Virus record (IMG/VR): IMGVR_UViG_3300042535_000037
Span: 100,031 to 164,030 of that record
From: a virus
Taxonomy: Duplodnaviria; Heunggongvirae; Uroviricota; Caudoviricetes
Strand: one strand, 5' to 3'
DNA length: 64,000 nt
Under the pieces are notes generated by a model, which was given only the letters and a program-made list of their open reading frames with translations, had not been told where the DNA came from and ran no database searches. Below are positions 58,501 through 64,000 of the stretch, piece by piece. Made by a program: the position numbers and the translations under genes. The stretch's first letter is position 1; the number at the start of each line of letters is the position of its first letter.

Positions 58501-59847
58501 GACATATCACTTGACTCCAACACTATGAATTGGGATACATCAACATATTCTGGTGATTATCACGTTACAGTTTATGCAGACAACGTTAACGGAACTGACT
58601 TATTTGACTGGTTAGTCACAATTAATTTGCCACCTGAGAACATCTATCCAACTTTCCAAGATTGGTCAAACGACTTCACTAACAATCAATCAACACAGTT
58701 CTCAGTACCTTCAGGAACCCAAATCAATTTCACAGCAACAATCCTTAATTCAACAGGATTAGAGTGGTTCCTCAACTCCAACTCTCAATCAACGGATGCA
58801 TACTTCATCTTTGATACAACAGGAATTTCAGGCAACAACACAGTAACAGCTACAGCCACAAACTCTAATGGCTCAATCTCAAAGAACTGGTTCATCAATG
58901 TAATTGGAGAAAACAACGCTCCAATATTCCTTTCACTGACAAACAAATCAGTTAATGAGGGTTCTGCTCTCACATTTGCAGTATCGGCATACGACAATGA
59001 TGATGATGAACTAACTTATGGTGTTGAAGATTTACCATCTGGTGCTACATTCGAAGACAACCAATTCACTTGGACCCCTACAAATGTTCAAGATGGTGAA
59101 TATGATGTTACATTTACAGTATCGGATGGCATTGATACCACTTCAGAAACAATCACAATAGTAGTTAACAATGTTTCTTCAGGCGGGTCAGGCGGTGGTT
59201 CTTCTTCAGAAGGAACATCTACTGGCTACACTGGAAGTTCTGACCCTTCATCAAACTTAATCTTTAGGGAAAAATTCACCATAAAGAACGCATTAGCAGA
59301 CACCCCGAAGACCTCTTCATTCCTGAGTCCAGACAAACACGACATCATAGGAATTACATACACACCAACAAAATACGGTAAAACAGTAGGAGCAACCATT
59401 GAAAAACTGAAATCAAATTCAGTATATACAGAAGGAACTCCAAATTGTGATATTGTATACTCTCACGTTAACATCCTTGTAGGTTCAGAAAATTATGACC
59501 AATACACAACGGATGCAAGCGTAAAATTCCATGTTCCTCAAAAGTGGATTGAAGACAATGGAATCTCAGAAGTACTTCTCTATTCCTATGAGAACGAAAA
59601 ATGGGTAGCTCATGAAACAAAACTCATGTCAATCACTTCAGAATACAATGTCTACCAAGCAGACATCGATAGTTATGGATATTTCGCAATTTGCGCCAAT
59701 GAAGACAGCATAATGAAAGACTCCCTCACTTCAGATGATGACCTAGCACAAATTTCACTAACTATAGATGAAACAACATCATTCTTCATCGAACAAATAA
59801 CAGGTTTCTTCGATGCGCTCTTAGAGGATGTTAACAACATTCTCTAA
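52528..59847 (+). CDS. giant (2439 aa) secreted repeat adhesin/surface protein with C-terminal PGF-pre-PGF domain
   Basis: Signal peptide; DUF2341-like N-terminus; seven [FnIII-like + cadherin-like] units; GGSGGGSS linker, then ..TIE.LK..S..VYSHVNI.VG..KFHVPQKWIEDN..LYSY..W..ET..Y.A....YGYFAI. Confidence 0.88.
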   Translation: MKITKFVLTFLVLLMLASMASAVTAPYWVENTSTNVWIKVPVISSSNTTYYQMTKGSGAPSIEQTMLFGDDFYGNTINTSKWTVPSGAVTVANSKATMAAASSSRLESIGTFGPNVTMEWAGRWYATGGSSSSVVFGMDNYPTENNRIVGYKDKNGLNMCYSAKAGTSGSVTSNWVETSYNVNKIYWHARGTPQYYTYVNGVARSGSPYTSATKVPVIPINVFFQDMGTTAYMNIDTVWVHKNAATEPTATVTDMGAYYLVKVNSTSATVLTNYQVPLSSTTLEVSTKNDSMTFTQVSQTEYNNLLSGNSYPSTPTSLSSTQGSDWIRHTWSAATGAVKTDSFNISINGAWYNSSNAFYNQTSMSAHAYSNLTVYAWNSTSNVKSLASASQSVRLANKAITISGIDTTYSTNEAQQLSVDASATDGDSDTPVFSCNRTDLFTDFSTSTGAGSWTPSYTQAGTYKVKFSATDGYGSTSDAVTTITVSNVALTPAAPTFNTATSGNFWVRHSWNENFDNAHTDQFRIQYGSSWQNSTATFLNRTLSAHAWSNVTLYAYNTTTSAISSPVTQSLRVANNPITVTNLVDKNVIQGGTFTFNADATDLDSDSPTFSCNRTDIITNFSTSTGAGSWTAPSDATGPIYIGITASDAYGSSNTDSFAITIVERPQTPQNLAYTRGNMYVLWTWEEGTNTDSYRVKIDGTWTNGTTNAYVNQSYPNIIAHELSNITVYGYNTSSGVTSLLPATGSIATLNNPPVITNSVTTVESTIGTSQNVNIDSTDIDDNYNPSGDRVTNGDFSSGTTGWTNVGLDNFDTTSMAGSLKVRDASTAYCYQNVDLTDVNTLQILIRQAYANDGGMYVRVYIDSTMIYEYHGPDIYNYQINQDVSSYSGVHAVKIYSVAGGYGFYDNIHAYNVPNLDTPTFGCNRTDLFTNFNTSTGVGSWTPSSGNIGTTYVEFTSTDAYSGVDSYIVEYTINDGTIIAPQPTVTSANTGNFFVKHNWNAGSGNVTNYYIVNDGTEHNQTANYFNATGLSPHAWSNITITAYNTTGGHRAAVTDNVHLPNNAVILTDIDPTYSINEGQLLSLDLGSTDTDSDTPTFSCNRTDLFSFNTGTGVGTFTPSYAQAGTYKILFGVSDGYGSTDTEVVTLTVNNVLLTPNKPVVNDASKGNFYVYHSWTSNSTGFKTDSFRVNLGGSWQNSTATSYNRTLSAHGTSQITVYGWNSTTSSISSGVTQSVTLDNNPISISNLDDIDSNEGLQITVDANRVDLDSDTATFSCNRTDLFTDFSTSTGVGHWTPDYQSAGTYSVLFGVSDGYGSSDSQIITITVDNKVFTPATPINLNHDSGNFYVNWSWDAGTGNKTNSYNVNLNGVWTNGTTDSISDSSMNPHETSTIEVYAFNSSTNSLSVSSISDEFTLANNPVTITGLSNINIFEDETANVNANANDADNDEITFACNRTDLFTNFNTATGVGSWTPDNNDAGTYDILFTASDAYSSSDSEVITITVSNLAYIPATPVLDSPTIDQLSITHNWHSGTGNVTDSFIVNDGTNHDVGLTSEWVDVVSAHGWSNITIKSYNSTGLYSPTIQSSVQAPNRDISLNSIGNIEVTEATQISLDLGANDPDSDTPTFSCNRTDLFNDFSTSTGVGHWTPSTNDAGVYSILFSVSDGYGSSDSEIVTLTINEANYIPPIPTNLQHTGANFYVDWSWDAGSGNITNSYNVNVSGVWTNGTTNEYISQLGMAPHSTCTIHVYAVNSTSGALSEAITDSHTLVNNAPTITDYNLSNNPYSNVINLNFTASDLDSDEITYSTPSNLFTTDDPTSGVWEAIDLPEDTYSITFYANDSYGGSDSQVVNFAVSRPVPSIDSFTNSKSNNEDTSLSVYADESIEFSVTASNYNSTYWYVNDEQVASNVLTYNFENIQSTSTVEFVAQNPNGNATTFWTITVVNDIVPQITTTLNNITSDDSSSFSVVQGTPIQFTVDSLYTTGYRWEINYGDISLDSNTMNWDTSTYSGDYHVTVYADNVNGTDLFDWLVTINLPPENIYPTFQDWSNDFTNNQSTQFSVPSGTQINFTATILNSTGLEWFLNSNSQSTDAYFIFDTTGISGNNTVTATATNSNGSISKNWFINVIGENNAPIFLSLTNKSVNEGSALTFAVSAYDNDDDELTYGVEDLPSGATFEDNQFTWTPTNVQDGEYDVTFTVSDGIDTTSETITIVVNNVSSGGSGGGSSSEGTSTGYTGSSDPSSNLIFREKFTIKNALADTPKTSSFLSPDKHDIIGITYTPTKYGKTVGATIEKLKSNSVYTEGTPNCDIVYSHVNILVGSENYDQYTTDASVKFHVPQKWIEDNGISEVLLYSYENEKWVAHETKLMSITSEYNVYQADIDSYGYFAICANEDSIMKDSLTSDDDLAQISLTIDETTSFFIEQITGFFDALLEDVNNIL
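53830..57470 (+). repeat. seven diverged intragenic repeats (CNRTDLFT.F.T.TG.G.WTP), period about 530 nt
   Basis: Copies near 53830, 54361, 55294, 55821, 56350, 56883, 57408. Confidence 0.85.
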
Positions 59848-59909
59848 TTTTTTATTTAGTTAACCTTATATACTGTTTTACCATATTTTCACTATCCACT
59901 GGTGAAATT

Positions 59910-62900
59910 ATGAAGAAAATATTCCTACTGCTCGTATTGTTGGTACTCATCTTTCCGGTGAGTGCAGCTACACAACTCACAAATTATGCATCTTCATCAA
60001 CATATGGGTATGCAATGCGTGGGTTGGCTTTTGATGACAAATATGTATACTACTCTGGTGAAACGGACCAAACTATTCATAAGGTCTATAAAAATAACAT
60101 GACGCAACTTAATGCTTCAGCTACTTTTGGAGCAACAGTCTACGACATGAAATATTATAACGGATACCTTTACGTAGCTGCAAGCAGCTATATTTACAAG
60201 TGTAGTCCAACCACATTCACAAAATCTTATACATCTGCATCATATTCAACAATCCGCGCCTTTGATATTAGTGGAAACTATATCTATGCAGTAGGAAACG
60301 GGCAAACGGTTAGAAAGTATAATTTAGCAGATGGAACAACATCCACTTCTTCAGTTTCAACAGGACAAACTCTCCATACCGTAGTTTGCGATGATACTTA
60401 TGTATATGCAGCAGGAGCCAATGGATATGTTTACAAATATGACCAAGCAACCCTCACTCTTCAGCAAACATCATCCTCTTATGGTGGTATAATTTACTCA
60501 CTTTCAGAATATGGAAATTATGTTTATGCAGGTGGAGCGACAACTTGTACAATTAACAAATATGATAAAGAAAACCTTAATTTACAAGATTCTTCTGTTA
60601 GCTTTGGTGGTTCAATCTATGCAATGGACATAAACAAGGATGGTTCTCAAATAGCAGTAGGTGGGGGAACCATTTCAACTGTAAAGGTTTATGATATTGC
60701 AACAATGGACTATTCACATGCTGGAAGTGCAGCCACGCTAACATATTCCATAAAGTATGATGATAATCTTCTTTATGGTGGTCACTCTTCATCAACAGGT
60801 AAATGTAGAGCATATACAACTTATGCATATGACACAAATACATACACAAATGTTTTAACAACAACTGCACAAATAACATCTGATAATGAAGGTTATGGAT
60901 ATAGTGACAATATTTATCAAACAGGGCTATTTGCTGAATATGTTTCACCAGAAATATCAGCACCATCAGGCTCAACATTTACAGTTACTCATAGTATTCC
61001 CATTATATCAGGTTCAATCCTTAATGGGTCAATCAATTTTGGTATAATAGACGTAGGTACAAACAAATGGATAACTGCATCAGATACTCGTACCTTCACC
61101 AATTCAATATATAACAATCTAAGATACTCCTTCGATGAAGATGATGGTCAAACTACAGTGCGTAATCTATGGAGACATGATACAGGTACAGAAGGAGACT
61201 TAACTCTTACAGGTTCCTATGACTTTGCAGATGACGGAGCAGCAAACTCCAACGGATACATGGTTTTTGATGGAGCAGATGACTATGGAATAGCTACTGT
61301 TCCTCTCAAAGATTGGGAAGCAACAGATAACACCATGTCATGTATGGTTTATCTTAGAAATACGGGAACAGGACAAACTCTAATGAGTCTCCACAGTACA
61401 ACTTCAAGTGCAGTATTAGAAGTTCAATATAATTCTGGTGGAACATTCGGTATTTTAGGAAGGAATACCGCAGGCGATGTGACTATTAATGCTGTCAGCT
61501 CAGGTACTTATACTGCTGCCGGATGGTATCATGTAGTATTAACTGATGACAACGGTTTAATGACATTGTACATAAACAAAGCACAAGTAGCACAAGGAAC
61601 AATATCAACAGGAACTCATACCTACGATAGAGTAATGATAGGCGGTGTATGGTGGGCTGGTGCTTGCTATGGAGATTCTACAGAAATTATAGATGAATTC
61701 CACGTATATGATACATGTTTAACCACATCTCAAATAGCTACAGAATATGACTTTGACTTCAACGAAGTAGCCAGCAGTGCCGATGTTATAGCTTCATCAT
61801 ACATAATTTATCCAACTGAAGAGAAAATACGTGTCCAATTCTCAAGCTACAGACACACAGGAACCATTACTATTAGCGATTTCGGAGTTTCAACTTTCGC
61901 AAATGTTGACCCATTATATAACTACATATCTCCACAAACAACAACACGTTCATGTAATCCACCGCTTTCATTATCCATCTTAAACAACGCGGCTCATGAA
62001 CCAACAAACGTAACAATTTATATAGACTCTTCTCAATACAAGAGTTATTACGTAGACAGTGGAATTATAGACTTTAGTGAAGCTTCTTATTTCCTCTCTA
62101 ATGGAACTCATACATGGTATGCCAAAATAAGTGACGCTTGGTCTGGAACAATTAACTCTCCAACTCAAACAATTACAGTTTATAAAGGCGGAACTCAACT
62201 TACAAACATCAATACTGATACAGCAGCATTTAACAATGGTCAAACATACGGATTCACTACTACTAGTGATAAACTTGCACTTTCAACATCAACAGCCTTT
62301 GGTTACTACTTATCTCAAACAAGCTCAAATGTACTAAGTGCAAGATATAATTCATCAAACTCAGTATACAATTCAGCTATGGATGTAGGAATTCTTAGAT
62401 ATATTAATGGACAATGGCAATGGGTACAAAGTACTGACTTCAGAGAATATGGTGGAGCAGTGCGCTATTCTATGGATGAGTATGACCTTTCCATTAGAGA
62501 CCATTGGGGTAAAAACACCTCAGACCTAACAAATGGTGCTAATCATGGAACAACGTTCTCCACCGATGGAAAATACGCAGGTGCTATCTATTTCGATGGA
62601 GAAACAGATTATGTCTCAACTACATATAACTTTGCCAATAAAGACAAGTTTTCATTTGGTGGATGGACAAAATTAGATTCAACTATAAGCGATGGAGATT
62701 CATACTTTATAGTGGGTGAATATCCAGAAGTATACATTGAATACTATCAAAACTCAGATTATATTGTATTGTGGTCTAAAGATGATTTGGGTACTATGAA
62801 TGGAATAGGGTATTCATTAGACCTAGATGATGCAGCATGGCATCATCTTTTTGTCACATATGACTCTGGAACTTTAAGACTATATGTGGATGGAGTTCTT

Positions 62901-64000
62901 AGAGGCACAAGACATACTAATGGTCTCCTAGATACTCCAACTTATTACCTACAATTAGGTTCAAGTTCAGACACAGGAGCAGTATCTTCACCAAAAGGAT
63001 ACATGGATGACATTAGAGTTTACGAAACCGAACTCACACAAAAACAAATTACCGATATATATACAGATTCGGAGCCATCTTACTACTCAGTAGGCTCCGA
63101 AGAACACCTAGATGTATTTGACGAAGAATTTACTACATCAAAATCAGTAATTTGTATAAGCAGAGTCTATAACACTGCAACGGTTGAAGTATCTCAAGAT
63201 ATGGTTTACGTTTATGATGACTATCCATTCTTCACAGCAATATCCCCAAACAATGTAAGTTTATCATCGCAATCGGTAACTCTATCTACAACAGTAGAAG
63301 ATAACAATATTGTCGAAGAAGACTTCATCAGAGGTTATTTCATGATGGATGGTGTAGACCTTGGAATAGGAACTGACCGCACGACCAACGGTAGCTTTAC
63401 TAAAATACCTACCGTTACAGGTGGTATCTATTCTTGGATTACAGCAACAACAGACCTTTGGCTTGGTGGCTCAGGATGGACCCCTAACATGTATTTCGAC
63501 ACACCACTGACTATCACCAACACAACAGGCTCTAATTTCGTAAGATTCCAGTGGAACGAGGCAACTCCATCCACAGACTACTTTAACGTCTACATAAATG
63601 GAACTCTTCGTTACACAGGTTCAAACAACTATTACAACAACACTCAATACTTTGGTACAAACAATGATTGTATAGTCAACGTGGTAGCTGTCAATTCTTC
63701 ATATACAGGACAAGACAACTTCCAGACAGCCTCTTTAATAGAAGCATCTCCTGTACTATCTTCAATTCAAGATACATTCAATGTTTATGAAGGTCAGTAC
63801 TTTACAGTTTCACCTTCAGCTACAGATGCAAACAACGATGTTATAACATTTAGTGACAACTGTGCATTGTTTAACATTAATTCGACAACTGGATATGTAA
63901 ACTATCTATCAACATCTTCTGACGTTGGAACATATAATTTCAACATAACAGTAACAGATGACACAGGTAGAACAGATTATGAAGCAATAACTCTTAACAT
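59910..64000 (+). CDS. giant secreted protein (5' partial, more than 1360 aa): beta-propeller + two LamG domains + Ig/cadherin-like repeats
   Basis: GGTGA SD; ATG 59910 MKKIFLLLVLLVLIFPVSA; frame matches at both ends; FDGADDY..WYHVVLT..IDEFHVYD and FDGETDY..WHHLFVTYD..MDDIRVY LamG motifs. Confidence 0.85.
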   Translation, partial: MKKIFLLLVLLVLIFPVSAATQLTNYASSSTYGYAMRGLAFDDKYVYYSGETDQTIHKVYKNNMTQLNASATFGATVYDMKYYNGYLYVAASSYIYKCSPTTFTKSYTSASYSTIRAFDISGNYIYAVGNGQTVRKYNLADGTTSTSSVSTGQTLHTVVCDDTYVYAAGANGYVYKYDQATLTLQQTSSSYGGIIYSLSEYGNYVYAGGATTCTINKYDKENLNLQDSSVSFGGSIYAMDINKDGSQIAVGGGTISTVKVYDIATMDYSHAGSAATLTYSIKYDDNLLYGGHSSSTGKCRAYTTYAYDTNTYTNVLTTTAQITSDNEGYGYSDNIYQTGLFAEYVSPEISAPSGSTFTVTHSIPIISGSILNGSINFGIIDVGTNKWITASDTRTFTNSIYNNLRYSFDEDDGQTTVRNLWRHDTGTEGDLTLTGSYDFADDGAANSNGYMVFDGADDYGIATVPLKDWEATDNTMSCMVYLRNTGTGQTLMSLHSTTSSAVLEVQYNSGGTFGILGRNTAGDVTINAVSSGTYTAAGWYHVVLTDDNGLMTLYINKAQVAQGTISTGTHTYDRVMIGGVWWAGACYGDSTEIIDEFHVYDTCLTTSQIATEYDFDFNEVASSADVIASSYIIYPTEEKIRVQFSSYRHTGTITISDFGVSTFANVDPLYNYISPQTTTRSCNPPLSLSILNNAAHEPTNVTIYIDSSQYKSYYVDSGIIDFSEASYFLSNGTHTWYAKISDAWSGTINSPTQTITVYKGGTQLTNINTDTAAFNNGQTYGFTTTSDKLALSTSTAFGYYLSQTSSNVLSARYNSSNSVYNSAMDVGILRYINGQWQWVQSTDFREYGGAVRYSMDEYDLSIRDHWGKNTSDLTNGANHGTTFSTDGKYAGAIYFDGETDYVSTTYNFANKDKFSFGGWTKLDSTISDGDSYFIVGEYPEVYIEYYQNSDYIVLWSKDDLGTMNGIGYSLDLDDAAWHHLFVTYDSGTLRLYVDGVLRGTRHTNGLLDTPTYYLQLGSSSDTGAVSSPKGYMDDIRVYETELTQKQITDIYTDSEPSYYSVGSEEHLDVFDEEFTTSKSVICISRVYNTATVEVSQDMVYVYDDYPFFTAISPNNVSLSSQSVTLSTTVEDNNIVEEDFIRGYFMMDGVDLGIGTDRTTNGSFTKIPTVTGGIYSWITATTDLWLGGSGWTPNMYFDTPLTITNTTGSNFVRFQWNEATPSTDYFNVYINGTLRYTGSNNYYNNTQYFGTNNDCIVNVVAVNSSYTGQDNFQTASLIEASPVLSSIQDTFNVYEGQYFTVSPSATDANNDVITFSDNCALFNINSTTGYVNYLSTSSDVGTYNFNITVTDDTGRTDYEAITLN

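Noticed and set aside
1-64000. CRISPR array
   Set aside because: The recurring intergenic motifs (TTTTTATAC..CCATTAC, GGTGATTCAAAATG) are promoters and SD sites separated by genes, not by spacers.
52528-64000. Diversity-generating retroelement acting on the adhesins
   Set aside because: No reverse transcriptase, and no TR/VR pair differing only at adenines; the repeats diverge at all positions.

Overview
A 64-kb piece of a large, low-GC archaeal mobile element or virus, not a cellular chromosome. The likely host is a Methanosarcinales methanogen, inferred from a PGF-pre-PGF surface-protein domain, Methanosarcina-style IS200/IS605 ends, archaeal TATA-box promoters and GGTGA Shine-Dalgarno sites. 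No capsid, terminase, replicative polymerase, rRNA or CRISPR array is visible, so virus versus plasmid/Borg-like element cannot be settled from this window. Bases 1-52.5 kb are dense with small, mostly hypothetical genes, many with their own promoter. Recognisable products: a bacterial-type (class II) CCA-adding enzyme, a 2[4Fe-4S] ferredoxin missed by the ORF track, two HExxH metalloproteases, three transglutaminase/papain-like surface proteins, a CoiA-like nuclease coupled to an N4/N6 DNA methyltransferase, a serine recombinase, a hexapeptide acetyltransferase, and a tnpB-only IS inserted cleanly into a Zn-ribbon gene. The last 11.5 kb encode two giant secreted adhesin-like proteins; the second runs off the window and is absent from the ORF track. 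The most unusual signal is non-coding: about 13 structured RNA elements in eight transcription units, each starting about 23 nt after a TATA box. They include six tRNA-like RNAs with abnormal anticodon arms (five expanded by about 26-100 nt), a double-T-loop RNA, and two homologous terminal-stem RNAs with compensatory changes placed directly upstream of tRNA-like modules. With the element's own CCA enzyme this suggests a tRNA-scaffolded small-RNA system (inference). All RNA folds were read by eye, and no database searches were run.
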